Below, in pieces: positions 46,401 through 61,537 of a stretch of DNA of 64,000 nt. The stretch lies in the NCBI RefSeq assembly GCF_009914755.1, contig NC_060927.1; one strand, written 5' to 3'. The DNA comes from the human T2T-CHM13v2.0 reference genome, Homo sapiens. Position 1 is the stretch's first letter; every line of letters starts with the position of its first letter. A model generated the notes under the pieces. That model searched no databases. It was given only the letters and a program-made list of their open reading frames with translations, and was not told the origin of the DNA. Position numbers and translations under genes: made by a program.

Positions 46401-49400
46401 GTTATTTGGTCTTCCTTCCTGAAATGCATGGCTATTTGAAAAATTCTAGAAGAATAAGAGGAAAAAGAATGGAATAAAGACTAGTAGACTTCTGGAATTT
46501 TAATCTTTCTTATGGGAGAATTTAATTTTATCCTGGAAGATAGATAGAGTATGATCAGAAACTATGGAAAGTATAGATTAAGTCTTAGAGACATGCCAAC
46601 CAAACTGAAAAGAAATGAGGTCAATTATATATTAATACCTTAACCATTACTAGATGAGAGTTGCTTTGGGAGAGTTGAATATTCAGAGTTTCCAGTGTGC
46701 CCATACATGAAACGAATGTATTTTTCCATAAGACGAAGCTTGCAGGCAAAAAGTCGCAGATACATTCAAAACTTAGAGATGAGTGTGCTGATGAAATTGG
46801 TGCAACATCAAAAATGCTTGCTATAAATTTTCTCTGTAATCTTGGACCCTTAAGTCTTTCTGCCATGAAAACTTAATTCTTTCATGAATCTTTAAGTTCT
46901 TAATTATTTTCTTATGCCTTTAAATATCTGTTTTATGTAATAATTATAAACTTATTAATGATTTAGAAATTGTTTAGCTTAATAATCAATAATTTTAATT
47001 ATTTACTTACATTAATAACTGTTCTTGGTGGGAGAAAAGAATTTCCACCACAACGGCCACATGTAGAAATCAGCTCATCCTTTCCCTTCTAAATTTAAGC
47101 TATAAACACTGAGAAAGAAGCTCCAGGACACCAGAAAAGAGATGAATCCACAACACCTTCCATTAAGTAGTTTTACAAAATTCTAGGTTTGAGGCTCAGC
47201 AAAAATGGAAACTGGGAGAAAATCCAAATATTTGAAACCAAATAAAACACTTGCAAGTAACCCTCAGAATTCAAGGAAGAAAACAAAAGGAAAATTAGGA
47301 AGTATTTTGAAATGAATGAAAATGAAACATGTTAAAATTATGGAATGTAGTTAAATCAGTGCTTAGAAAGAAAATTATAACATAGAGTGCCTATGTTAGA
47401 AAAGAAGAAAGATACCAGAAATAAACTCTCAGCTTCTACCTTAAGGAAATAGAAAAGAAAATTTTAAAAAGCAGAAAAATATCAGAGGACAAATCAGTGA
47501 AAGAGAAAACAGAATGATAGAGAAATTCAATAACACCAAAAACTGGCTCTTTGAGTAGATCAAAAAAATTGATAAACCCCTAGTTAAACTCATCAAAAAT
47601 TAAAAAAAAAGACACATATTATCAGGGTCAGGAATGAGATGGGAAAAATCACAACAGATTTTACATAGGTTAAAAGGAAAATCAAGAAATACTATGAACA
47701 ACTTTATAGTCATAAATTCAGCAACTTAGAAGAAGTGGACAAATTTTTTACAATACACAAGTTCAAATAAACCATATAGCCTTATATGAATTAAATAAAT
47801 TTATTTCATAGCAAAAATTTTTCCTATAAAATAACCTTTAGGCCCAAATGACCTCATTAATAAATTCTACAAAATATTTATGAAAGAAAAATATAAATTC
47901 TACAAATACTCTTCCAGAAGATTAAAGAGAAAGGAATGCTTGCCAACTCCTATGAGACCAGTAGTACTTTGGTATCAAATCAGAGAACATCACCACAAAA
48001 AGAATACTAAAGACCAACATCTTTCATGATTATAGATATTTAAGTTATTTTTATTAATTTAGTAAGTCAAATTCAATAATGCATTAAAAGAAAAATGCAG
48101 TATGTCCCAGTGGGGTTTTTTCCTGGGAAAGCAAGCTTGGTTTAATATTTTAAAATCCATTAGTATAATTCACCATATTTACAGTCTAAGCAAAGAAAAA
48201 CCATATAATCATCTCATGTAATGCAGAAGAAACATTGATAAAATCCAACATCTATTTCTGATTGAAATCCTTCCTAACTTGATATAAGGAATATACAAAA
48301 AACATAGTTCATATCAGAAGTAATCCTGAGATACTGAATGTTTTCCCCCTAAAATCAGGAATAAGAAAGTCCTATTTAACACTGTCCTGAATGTCCTAGC
48401 CAATACAATAAGGCAAATAAATAAATAAATGCCTAAATCAATCAATAAATGGCACCCAGATTGGAAAAAAAAATTGTCTTTATTCACAGACATCCTGATT
48501 GTCTATGTAAAAAATTTTATGCAATGTACAAGAACACTACTAAAACCAATAAGTGAGTTAATCAAGTTTGCATAATGAAAGACCATTATACAAAAATCAA
48601 TTATTTTTCTATGTATTAGCAAAATGCAATGGGAAGGTTCCATCTTAAAAATATCATTTATAATAGCATTGAAACTGTAAAATACATGGGAATAAATCTA
48701 ACAAGATATGTACAAGACCTGTATACTAAAAACTACAATACATGAGAGAAACTGAAGACCTTTAAAGAAGTAAAAATATGTACCATTTTAATGTGCTAGA
48801 AAATTTTGCTATTTTTATAATGCTAATTATTGATAAATTAATCTATAGTTTTAAGACAATTGCAACCTACATTCCATGAACATTTTCAAAGAAGGTCACA
48901 AGCTAATTCTAAAATTCATATGGAAATGTAAAAGGCAGAGAATATTTAAAATAACTTTAAAAGCACGAATAATTTCTTGTTTCAAGACTTCTTGTCATAT
49001 TACAGCAATAAAGGCAGTATGGTATTGTCATAAAAATAGAAAAATAAACAATTATTGGAAGATGGCAGCGGAAGAAGCACCAGGAATCCCTCTCCCAACC
49101 TAGACAACAATTGCACTGATGTGACTATTTTGAAACTCTGGAGTCTTTTGAAAGATTGCAACCTCCAGAGGAAGGCTTACATGGTAAGTTGCATCTAGTT
49201 CCAGTCAGTTTTAACTCTTACCACAATAGCAGCTATCCATGCCCTACCTCCACCTCCATTACAAGCAGCTGTTCGCAAAATCCAGGAGCAGTTTGCACAC
49301 AGTTTGTGGGTGCCAGGGTGGGCAAAAAGAACCTTTGTTCTTCAAATATTGAGTATCAGTTCTGAATACTGATTGCTCCTTATGCTCACAGAGTTGCAGA

Positions 49401-49470
49401 CAAAGAGGAGGGTGGCCATTGTTACGCCTCCCTCAATTGTTCCAAATCCCTCCCTCTCTGGTCGAAGTGA

Positions 49471-50135
<665 letters not shown>

Positions 50136-52284
50136 CCTCTTTATTTTTTTATTTCCCCCCCTTTTTGGTACCAAACGTTAAAGACTAGGTCACTAAGAAG
50201 CAACTACTTATATGAGGAAAATTAGAAAGTGACCATATATGCCCAGAGAAAGACGCAGGCTCAGAAAACACGTGAAAAGACCTTAAGTTTACACCTCAAG
50301 CTGATCCTTGGCATGGAAAAAAAAAAAAAAGCCTACAACAATAAAAGATAAATAAAATAAAATAAAATAAAAACAATAAATAAACAACTGCAATAACAAA
50401 ATAAGGGCAAACTCTGGAGAATTGGGAGAACCTAATTACCAGAATTACCATATTATTAAATTTAAATGTCCAGTTTTCAACAACAACAACAACGACAAAG
50501 TCACAGGCGTACAAAGAAATAGGAAAGCATGTCACATATAAAAGAAAAAATAAGTAAACAGAAACTGTCATTGAAAAAGACCTATTATGCAAAAATTCTA
50601 AAACAACTGTCTTACAAATGCTTCAAAAATTAAAGGAAGATGTTGATATATAAACAAAATAGAACTATCAGTACAGAGACAGGTAACCTAAGTATGAAAC
50701 CAAAAGTAAAGTCCAGAGCTGAAATATAGAATAACCAAAATGAAAAATACACACAAGGATTCAAAGGCAGATTTGAGTAGGCAGAAAAAAAAAATTGCAA
50801 ATTCACAGATAAGACTGTGGAAATTATAGTGTCTGAGGAAGCAAAAGATAAAAGATTAAAGAAAAGTGGACAGAGCCTAAGGGACCTATAGGACAGCCAT
50901 CAAGTGGACCCACATATACATTGCTGAGTCCCAAAAGGAGATGAGAAAAAGAAAGGAGAAAATAAAATATTTAAATTAGTTATGGCTGAAAACTTTCCAA
51001 ATGTGATAAAAGGCATTAATACAGAAATCTAAGAAGCTTAACAAATTTCAAGTAATATGAACTCAAAGAGACTGACTGGAACACATTATAATAATACTTT
51101 CAAAACTCAAACATAAAGAGAAAATCATGAAAGCAGCAAGAGAGAAGCAACTCACCATATAAAAGGGATCAACAATAAAATTATCAGCAGATTTCTCATC
51201 AGAAACTTTGCATACCAGAAGGCAGTGGGCTGATGTATCTAAAGTGGTAAAAGAAAAAAATAAAGTCTGCCAAGCAAGGATCCTATCTCCAGCAAAAGTG
51301 TCCTTCAAGAATGAGAGAGAAATTAAGACATTCTCAGATAAAAACTAAGGGGGTTCATTACCAATAGGCCTGCACTGCAAGAAATGCTCAAGGGCATTCT
51401 GCAGGGTGAAATGAAAGAGCACTAGACAGTAGCTCAAAGCCATATGAAGAAACAAAGATCTCAATAAAGGTAAATACAAGTACAATTGTAAAAGCTGGTA
51501 TTATTCTAACAACCGTTAGCAATTCTACTTTTTGTTTTCTACATGATTTAAGAAACTAATACATATAATATATATAAATATATATAATTATTAGTCTAAA
51601 ATCTAGTATCATAACCTTGGTTTATACCTACATTTTGGTTTTCACAAAATTGAGGACTCTAATGTACGTGAAAATTATTACTTTATGTTTTAGGGCACAC
51701 AATGAGTAAAAGTATCATTTTCCGGCATCAATAACAGAAAGGGGTGGGGACAGATTAGTAAAGTAGTAGAGATTTTATATTTTATTAAAGTTAAGCTGGC
51801 ATAAGTTGAAATTTGTGCTGTAACTTTAGGATGTTTAATGTACTCTTTACAGAATAGCAATGGAACATACACGAAGAATATGGGCAAGAAATTAAACCAT
51901 TTTACTTCAAAAAATAAACTAAACACAAAAGAAGAGATTGATGCAGTGAATGAGGGACAAAAACTATAAAGCATCTGAAAAACAAATAGCACAATGACAG
52001 GAATAAGTCCCTCCTTATCAGTAATTATTTTACATGTAAATAGATTAAACTCTCCAATCAAAAGACAGATTGTAAGAATAAATTTCTTAAAAAATATGTT
52101 TTAACATAATGTTATTTATGAGGACTCACTTTAAACACAAAGGCACAAATAGATTGAAAGTGAAATAATGGAAAAGATGTCCCGTGCAAATGCAACCAAA
52201 AGACAGCAGGTGATAGCTATGCTAATACCAGACAAAATACACTTTAAATCCTAAAAAAGCTACAAGAGATAACAAAGAACATTA

Positions 52285-53563
52285 TATTTTTATTTTTTAT
52301 TAACCAGTTATAATTGTATATATTTATAGTATAAGATGTGATGTTATCTGTATATAATGCACAATGATTAAGTCAAGCCAATTAACATATTCATCACCTC
52401 ATCCACCATTTTTTAGGGTGAGAATGTTTGAAATGTACTCCCTTAGCAATTTTGAAATACACAATACACTATGCATGATGTGTGCAGTAGATCTCAAAAA
52501 ATTATTCTTCAATGTAACAGAAACTTTATACACTTTGACCAACATCTCCCCATTCTCCTCATCACCACCAGCCAAGTGTAAAAATCATTTAACTCTGTAC
52601 TGTTACAAGATTGACTATATTAGATTCTACATATCTGTGAGATCATGTGGCATTGTCTTTCTGTGCCGGGCTTATTCACTTAACATAATGTCCTTCAGGT
52701 TCATTCATGTTGTTGCAAATGAAAGAATCTTCTTCTTTTTTTAAGGCTGAATAAATTCCTTTGAATATATATAGATATTCTTTTAATCCATTCATTCTTT
52801 GAGGAACCCAGGTTGATTCCATATCTTAGCTATTATGAGTAATGCTTCAATGAACATGGGAGAGCAGATATCTCTTTGACATACTTATTTCAAATCTTTT
52901 GGCTATATACACAGAAGTGAGATTTCTGGGGAATATAGCAGTTGTATTTTTACTTTTTAAAGGAAACTCTATACAATTTGCCATTGCGGCTATACCAATT
53001 TACATTAATATCAAAAAATGTACAAGGATTCCTTTTATTCTGTATCCTCTTCAACACTCATCTTTTGTCTTTTTGATAATAGCTATTCTAACAGGTGTAA
53101 GGTGATATCTCAATGTGGTTTTAATTTGTCTTTCCCTAATGTTTAGTGATGTTGAGCATTTTCTTCAACTACATATTGACCATTTGTGTGTGCTCTTTTC
53201 AGAAATGTCTCTTCTAGGTACTTAGACATTTTTTAAGCAAGTTCTTCCTTTTCTTGCTGCTTAGTTGTTTGACTTCCTTACACAGTTTGGATATTAACCC
53301 CTTATCAAATGTATGGTTTGCAAATACTTTCTCCCAATCTGTGAGTCATCTTTTTATTCTTTCAATCATTTTATTTGCTGTGCAGAAGCTTTTAATTTGT
53401 ATAATCCCATTTATCTATTTTCGCTTTTGTTGCATGTACTTTTGGGGTCACATCCACAAAAATCACTGCCCATGTCAATGCCACAGAGCTTTTCCCCTAT
53501 GTTTTCTTCTAGTAGTTTCACAATTTCAAGTCTTACATTTACGTTTTTAATCCATTTTGAGTT
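52285..53563 (-). mobile_element. 5'-truncated L1MA (L1MA6-8-like) inserted antisense in the nested L1
   Basis: T tail, then ataattgtatatatttat...aatgattaagtcaagccaattaacatattcatcacctca...cttagcaattttgaaatacacaatac; ends taatccattttgagtt. Confidence 0.82.
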
Positions 53564-54250
53564 AAGGACTGCAACACTACTTTCTCAGCAATGGGTAGAA
53601 CAACCGGACAGAAGGTAAGGAAAGAAATACAGGACTTAACCAACACATTAAACCAACTTGATTTAACAGACACATACAGAACACTACCTAACAAAAATAA
53701 CATACATATTCTCCTCAAGTATACATCAGATTTTTTTCAGGATAGACCATATGATAGGCCACAAATAAAGTATCAATATATTTTAAAATATAGATGTCTT
53801 ATGAAGTATCTTCTCCAACCACGATGGGGTAAAAATTAAACAACATGGAAACAAGCAATGGATCAAGGAAGAAATCACAAGAATAAATAGAAAATACTTA
53901 AAAATGAATAAAAGTGAAAACGTAATGTACCAAAACTCATGAGACACAGAGAAAGCAGTGATAAGAAAGAAATTTATAGCTATAAAGGCTTACATTTAAA
54001 AAAAAAAAGTCTGTAATCAACATCTTAAATGTATAACTTAAAGAATTAGAAAAAAAGGAAGGACAAAGTAAACTCAGAGCTAGCAGAAAAAAAAGGAAGT
54101 AGTAAAAATTAGAGCAGAGATTAACAAAATACAAATAGAAAACCACTCAAGAAAATCAATAAAACTAAAAGTTGATCTTTTAGAAAGATCAACAAAATTG
54201 AAAAATCTTTAACTAGATGGACAAAGTAAAAAGAGAGAGAGAGAAGACGT

Positions 54251-54390
54251 GGCCAGACATGGGGGCTGATGCCTGTAATCCTAGCACTTTGGGAGGCTGA
54301 GGCAGGAGGATCACTTGAACTCAGGAGTTCAAGACCAGCCTGGGCAACATAGTGAGACCCCATCTCTATTATTTAAAAATAAAGATTTAA
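54251..54390 (+). mobile_element. FLAM_C / free left Alu monomer
   Basis: ggccagacatg...gaggatcacttgaactcaggagttcaagaccagcctgggcaacatagtgagacccc followed by an A-rich tail; no right arm. Confidence 0.85.
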
Positions 54391-54921
54391 AAAGATGGAA
54401 GACACAAATTACTAAAATTGGAAATGAAAGTGGAAACATTATTACCAATTCTACCTAAATAAAAAGATTATAAGAGAATACTATGAACAATTATACACCA
54501 ATGTATTGGATAATGAAGATAAAATGGAAAAATTTCTAGAAATACAAAAATCCACCAAGACTAACTCATGAAAAAACAGAAAATCTGTATAGACCTATAG
54601 CTAGTAAGGAAATAGAATCATTCATTTAAAAACTCCCAAAAAAGAAAAGCCATGGAGCTAATGGTTTCACTGGTGAATTCTACCAAACATTTAAAGAACT
54701 AACATTGATCCATCTCAAACTTCTCTCAAAAAAACTGAAGATAAAGTAACACTTCCTAACTCATTCCATGAGGTCAATATTACCCTGATACCAACTACAG
54801 ACAAAGACACTGCAAGAAAACTACAAACCAATGTCCCTGAAGGCCACTGATGCAAAAACTCTTAACAAATAATAGCATATTGAATATAACAGTATATTTA
54901 AAAGATTGCACCATGACCAAG

Positions 54922-54957
54922 TGCAAGAATGGAATGCAAGAATGGAATGCAAGAATG
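54922..54957 (+). repeat. 13-bp tandem repeat (tgcaagaatggaa) x2.8
   Basis: Read directly, within L1 ORF2. Confidence 0.9.
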
Positions 54958-57900
54958 ATTCAACATACAAAAATAAATCAATGTCATACACCACATTAAC
55001 AAAATGAGGAAGGGGAAAAAGCACATGATTATCTCATTTGATGCAGAAAAAAAACACTTAAAAAATTTAACATTCTTTTATTATAAAAGTACTCAATGAA
55101 CTAGGAATGAAAGGAAACTACCTCAACATAAGAAAAGCCATATGTGAAAAAGTCAGTGGACAACATACTCAATGGTATAAGATTGAAAGCTTTTCATCTA
55201 AGGTCAAGAATAAGGCAAGGATATCTACTTTTACTACTTCTGTTCTACACAGTACTGGAAACTCTAGCCGGATCAGAAAGGTGAAAAATTAAATTTACAA
55301 AGGCATCCAAGTAAAAGAGAAAGAAGTAAAATTATCTCTTTTCACAGATGTTATGTTTTATGTAGAAAACTCAAATGATTCCACAAAAAATGCCTAAAAC
55401 AGATCAATGAATTCAGAAAAGTAGCAAAACACAAAGTCAACACACAAAATTCAGTTGCATTTCTATGCATTAAAAATGAACAATAAAAATGGAAATTATA
55501 AAACAATTCTAAAAAATAAAATATTTATAAATTAATGTAAGGAATAAAAGACATCAACAATAAAATTACAAAACATTGCTGAAAGAAATTAAAGAAGACA
55601 TATATGGTTGGAAATACATGCCATGTTTATGGATATGACAACTTAAAAATGTGAAAATGTCAATATTACTCAAAGTGATTCATAGATTCAATTTAATCCC
55701 TATCAATATCCCAATGACCATATTTGCAGAAATAGAAAAACCCATCCTAAAATTTGTGTAAAATGTCAAAGGACTCCTGAATGGCCAAAACAGTCTTTAA
55801 AAAGAAGAACAACCTAGAAGACTCACACTTCCTGATTTTAAAAGATACCAAAAAACTAGAGTAATCAAAGGAATATGGTAGTAGCATAAAGTCAGACATT
55901 TAGACAAATGGAATAGAATGGAAAGTTCAGAAATAAACTCTTACATATATGTTTTTGCATCAAAAACACTATCAAGAGAGTAAAAAGGTCACCCATGGAA
56001 TAGGAAAAAATATTTTCAAATTATATTTCTGATGAGGGATTAATAATACACAGAACTCCTAAAACTCAATAACAGAAAAAACAAACAAGGTGATTCAAAA
56101 TGGGCAAATAATTTGAATAGACAAATACATGGAATAGAATATAGTCGAAAATAGACCCACATACTATAAAATTTAACAAGGGGCAAGGGCAATTCAGCAG
56201 AGAGAGAATAGCCTTTTAACAAATGTTGCTTAGACAACTGGATATGCATATGCCAAAATAAAAACAAATAAGCAAAATAAACAACCAAAAAACTTTAACA
56301 CTATATCCATCACACTATATATTTTTTAAACTCAAAACGGTCATAAACCTAAAACAAAAAGAAAACATAGGAGAAAATCTTTGTAAGCTTGTACTAGGCT
56401 TGGATTTCTTAGAAATAACACCAAATGCATCATCCATAGAAGAACTATAGATAATTTGGGCTTTATTAGAATGTAAAACTTCTATTTTCTGAAAGGCACT
56501 GTTAACAGAATGGAAACATAAGTCACAAATTTGGAGAAAATATTACAAATCATATATTTGGTAAAGGACTTCTTTCCAGAATAACAAAGAAAGCTCCAAA
56601 CTCAATTAAAAAAAACTCAGTAAAAAATAAACCAAAGGTTTGAAGAGACACTTCACCAAAGAAGATATACGAGTGGCAAATATGCACACACAAAAAGTGT
56701 TCATCAGTTGTCCTTAAGCAAATGCAAATTTAAAAAATAATGAGATACTACTATACACCTAGTGGAATGGCTAAAGTTAAAAATCTGATGATTCCAAGTG
56801 TTAACAAGTTTGTGGAAGAACTGAAAGTATCATACATTGCTGATAGGAATGTAAAGTAGTTCAACTACTTTGGAAAACAGTTTGAGAGTATCTTAAGAAG
56901 TCAGATATACCCTTAGCATATGTTCAGCCATCTCATTCCTAGGTATTCATCCAAGAGAAATGAAAGCATGTCTGCCCACACAAAGACTTATACACTGATG
57001 TTATAGCATTTGCATATTTGTTATCATAGTTGTAATTTACAAAAATGTATTTGTAATTTACAGAAACTAAAGACAACCCAAATATCCATCTTGAGTGAAT
57101 AAATAAACAAACTTGTAAATTGATACAAGGAACCAATCAGCAATAAAAAGAATGGACTATTTATACATGTAATAACATAGATGAATCTCAACAATAATTA
57201 TGCTGAGTGAGAGAAGCAGTTTCTATAAAATTCTAAAAACTGCAGATGAATCTCTGGTGAGAGATGGGAGATCCACTGATGCCTGAAGGTAGCGGATAGG
57301 AAGAATAGATGGTACTGATTAAAAAGGGGCATAAGGACACTTTTTCAGGTGATAAATATGTTCACTATCTTGATTGTGGTGGTGGGGAGTTCATGGATAT
57401 ATATATGTCACATATTATCAAATTGTACATCTTAAGTATATGCAGTTCATTTTGTGTTAATTATACCTCAATAAAAGTGCTTTTATAAAGTCCAAGGAGC
57501 TCAAAATACTCTTTCTCTTATACTTGGGGAAGGAGATAAGGGTTTGCCTGTCACTTCAGCATGGGTTCAAAGATACTACCTACACTTGCTGAGGAATGAT
57601 GGGAAGTGATTACATCCAGTGCTAAATTTGTACCCTCACTTGAGGAAGTTCCAGTGGGTTAGACTTCACCTACTCTTAAGGATATGCATTAACAGATCTA
57701 AGAAAAGTTTCTGTACAAAGAATCTTCTCCCCTTATTTTGCTAAGATTACTTATTACAATATTTTGTTTCTGAGAAAAGCTGTAGAAAGCCTTACGCAGT
57801 ACACTTTATTGTCACATTTATTAATTCTGTTTTTCCCCAGGAAAAATAAAAAATTAATTACACAGTAAAAATCTAGAAGGATATCTTTAGGCTCATGAAA

Positions 57901-58099
57901 GGAAAGTACATTCAAAAAGAGGATTTTACTGAAGACTGTCTAGAACCAACATACGTTATGAACTGAGCCCTTAAATGCTAAAATTTGAGAAGGAGGGGGA
58001 TATTCCAGGTGAATAAAATAGAATGATCAGATCAAGCAATGTTAACATAAGAGTAGTAAAAAATTACAATGATTCTTTCCCTAATATCCATATTATTGC

Positions 58100-58420
58100 T
58101 TTCCCATCTTGTCAGACCTCTGCTTAGATGTCATCTCTTCACTCAGAACTCCTAATGCCACTCTGCATAATGTTAGCCTTCAACTCTTTTGCACTACCAT
58201 CTTACCCTGCTCTGTTTTTTTTTTTTTTCTTTTTTGGAGCATTATCAGCACCTGACATCTGTAGCTTGTCATGAAGTATTTATTTGTTTCCCTTTTCCCC
58301 ACAAGAAAATAATATCCATAAATGTAAAAACATTGTCCAAAGGTCATGTTCACACAATGTCCTCAGATCCTAGAACAATGCCTGGCACACAATACCAGCT
58401 CAATAAATATTTGTCGAATA
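58100..58420 (+). mobile_element. L2a 3' end
   Basis: cctagaacaatgcctggcacacaataccagctcaataaatatttgtcgaat is the typical L2a terminus. Confidence 0.8.
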
Positions 58421-59786
58421 ACTGTAGTAGTAGTAAACTACAAATAAGCAAATATTTGTGCCTCTTCCTTACTACTACTCTGTTGTGAAGCGTTTAGAAA
58501 GCAATCAATAAACTAGATTCTATCTTGTGTTTCTTTCCCCAAACTCGGAGCTTCTCCTGGATCACAAACACCTGCTAACACGATCCTTTGAAGCCAGAGC
58601 CCATTCTTCATTTTAAAGCTTTTTTTATGTGTTCTGTATCCCAGACTGGCAAATAAGTCCCCTACGTTCCAGAAGCTTACATTCTAGACTTGCTTCTTAT
58701 TACAGGCTTCCTGGATACCTTTGTCAATAAAAAAAGGAAACAGGAGAAAAATAATTAGATTTGCATATCTGCAAGAGTCGTTTAATTTTCTATCATAAGT
58801 GTAGCTCCTGAAAAAAAATTCCACTAAGATTCATGCAAATCACTTCCAAAAGACCTCACACTGAATAAAATTCTTAGAGTAAAATAGCGTCTTCAAGGGT
58901 ATAGCCAGATACGCCTCTGTAAAGTTTAGTGTATGAATGTAGACATGGGCATCTGTTTGGTGGGTTTGATGGATCACAGCACCAACTGGCGACAGGGTCC
59001 GTGGCTCCCTTGGTCCCAACCCTGAAAATCTCTCCTCCACTATGGATATGTAGGAGTAATTATCCCAGGTCCCAGACTTCAAGATGGGTCAAAAGATAAA
59101 TAAATTATGGGTTTTCTACAAAAGGAGCCTGACAGTGGTATCTTGGTTCCAGATAATTTTAATAAGGTCCATGGTCCTCTCTATAAGCTGTAGAAAAGAG
59201 AAGTACTGTCAGTTTGTCAGACACCTTCATGCTAACTCACTGGTATATGAAGCAATTAGAACTAACTTGTGCTTATACCATTTCACAGCCACACCTCAAA
59301 ATGCTGCTAACCTTTAGCTAGAACACCATGCTCAATCATCCTCTAATATTACCGGTGCCAAAAAAACTAAAAATTCCCTAAGAGATAACAATAAAAAGTC
59401 ATCCATTTATGCTGCAAAATGCATCTCCCCATGCATATAGCACAGAATGCAGAAGCTGGGAGGACTTTAATTAATAGGATGCTTAGATTCTGATTCAACT
59501 GACATAAAGAAGTGAAAGATACAGGAGGTTAAATAATTTTCTCACACTCTAGGAAACAAAGCTAGGATAAGAACCTGAGTCCCCCAACTCCCATTTCAGT
59601 TATTTTTCTACAACCTTCAATAATGTTCTAGATTTGTGGTATTTAAGCATTTTTGTTTAGCAGCAGGACCCTTTCACAAAAAAATTTCTACTATAAATCT
59701 AACATAAGCAACAAAGATGAGGTGATCTGATGGGAGAATTGTGGAGCCACCCCTCCACAAAATAGCAGAGTCCAAGCTTTGCTTTT

Positions 59787-60137
59787 TGATATGGTTTGCC
59801 AGCCCCACCTCACCTTGAATTGTAATAATCTCCTTGTGTCAAGGGTGGGACCAGGTGGAGGTAACTGAATCATGGGGGTGGTTTCCCCCATGCTGTTCTC
59901 ATGATAATAAGTGAGTCTCATGAGATCCAATGGTTTTATAAGTGTTTGGCATCTCCCCTGCTTGCACTCATTCTCTCTCCTGCTGCCCTGTGAAGAGGTG
60001 CCTTCCACCATGAGTGTAAGTTTCCTGAGGCCTCCCCAGCCATGTGGAACTGTGAGTCAATTAAACCTCTATCCTTGATAAATTACCCAGTCTCATGTAT
60101 TTCTTTCTTCACAGAAGCATGAGAATGGACTAATACA
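59787..60137 (+). mobile_element. THE1D-like solo LTR
   Basis: tgatatggtttg...gagaatggactaataca; perfect 5-bp TSD ctttt at 59782-59786 and 60138-60142. Confidence 0.9.
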
Positions 60138-61037
60138 CTTTTCCTATCAACAGTTGAAGACTAGAAGAAATGACTAAGAAAAAATTGCAAAGTTTTTGAA
60201 ATCTGACTACAGCTCACAGCACCACTGTTTCTAATACACTTTTCTCTATTTGGTGGTCTAACCTGTCCTAATTTATGATGCATTTAGCCCCTCTGAACAA
60301 TAACCCTATTATTTAAAGCTGGAAGCAGTCATTGGTACATTGATTTAAAACTATTCTCACTAATACTTATCCAGTCACAGTCCAATTTGCCTTACAAGAC
60401 TCTTTTTAATTTTGAAATATAAATTTCCCTCCTGTTAAACATTTTAAACATTTGAGAACAGTTTAGGGCAACCATGTAGACAACAGAGCTATAAATCTGC
60501 TATATGAAGCAGAGATCTCTAACTGACTTTGGTTATTTCAAGCAACCCGAGCTGAAATCAGGAGGACTATATATTTTCTTTTCAGCTCTACATGCCTGAA
60601 TTGTAAAGCTGACCCAGCCAGTTACTTGCTATGTAACCTTTAGTACATTTCTTTACTTTTCCTAGTATCAATTTTCTTATCTGCCAATTGGGCTTAATCA
60701 TTCTGTTTCAGAAGTTTGTCAAGAAGCAACAAAGATGATAAAGAATATAGTACAGCGTACAGTGCTTAGGGCAACAGTAAACATTGATCCAGTGTCTAAT
60801 TTCTTCTCTCCTTTTGGAGAGATGATGGTTTGAGTAAAATAAGCTGTGACTGCTAATGTCCTATTCCAGGTAGCTGACGGAAAGGAAGATACCATCAGCT
60901 ACAGTGTTTTGGAACTGGTACATATTCTTCCCAAATAAAAGCTCACTCTTCATTCCAGCCCTTTCCCAATCTTGATTTTTACTCCTTTGCTTTCTAGATG
61001 GTTCATTCATTCAACAAAAGTGGGGTTTTAATTCCTG

Positions 61038-61128
61038 GTTTCTTTCTTTCTTTCTCTCTCTCTCTCTCCATCTCTCTCTCTCTCTATGTCTCTCTCTCTC
61101 GCACACACACACATACACACATGCACAC
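61038..61128 (+). repeat. Compound (TTTC)/(TC)n/(CA)n microsatellite
   Basis: Read directly; imperfect. Confidence 0.9.
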
Positions 61129-61445
61129 AAATAAGGCACAGTTTATTTTCTTAAGGGTTAAGGTTCTGTATAGAAAAGCTACACATTTTTCTCATAGCCA
61201 CACACACCTAAGGGTTTCACAAATACTTATGGGGTGGTTTATCATATGTAGGAGTCCTTAAGATACTAACAGAATTATATAAATAATTATAGTTTAGGAT
61301 ATGAAAGTGGTTGTGTATATATACCTGTTTATCCTACAGTTTTATAAATGGCATATAGTTAATTCTATAAAATGGGTGTTAATTCTCATCTTTATGTGGT
61401 CTTTTTGAAAACTCAAACTAAAATAACTTTTCAGAAATTGAAAAG

Positions 61446-61495
61446 AAACTTAATTAAATGGATGCCAGTGATAAACTTAATTAAATGGATGCCAG
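61446..61495 (+). repeat. Perfect 23-bp direct repeat with 4-bp spacer
   Basis: aaacttaattaaatggatgccag at 61446-61468 and 61473-61495. Confidence 0.95.
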
Positions 61496-61537
61496 GATTT
61501 CAGTGTCCAGAGTGGGCAAATAAATCTAGAAGTCTTC

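Noticed and set aside
60965-61261. Plus-strand acceptor-like tract followed by an 87-aa ORF
   Set aside because: The ORF is mostly translated TC/CA microsatellite; no credible donor or homology.
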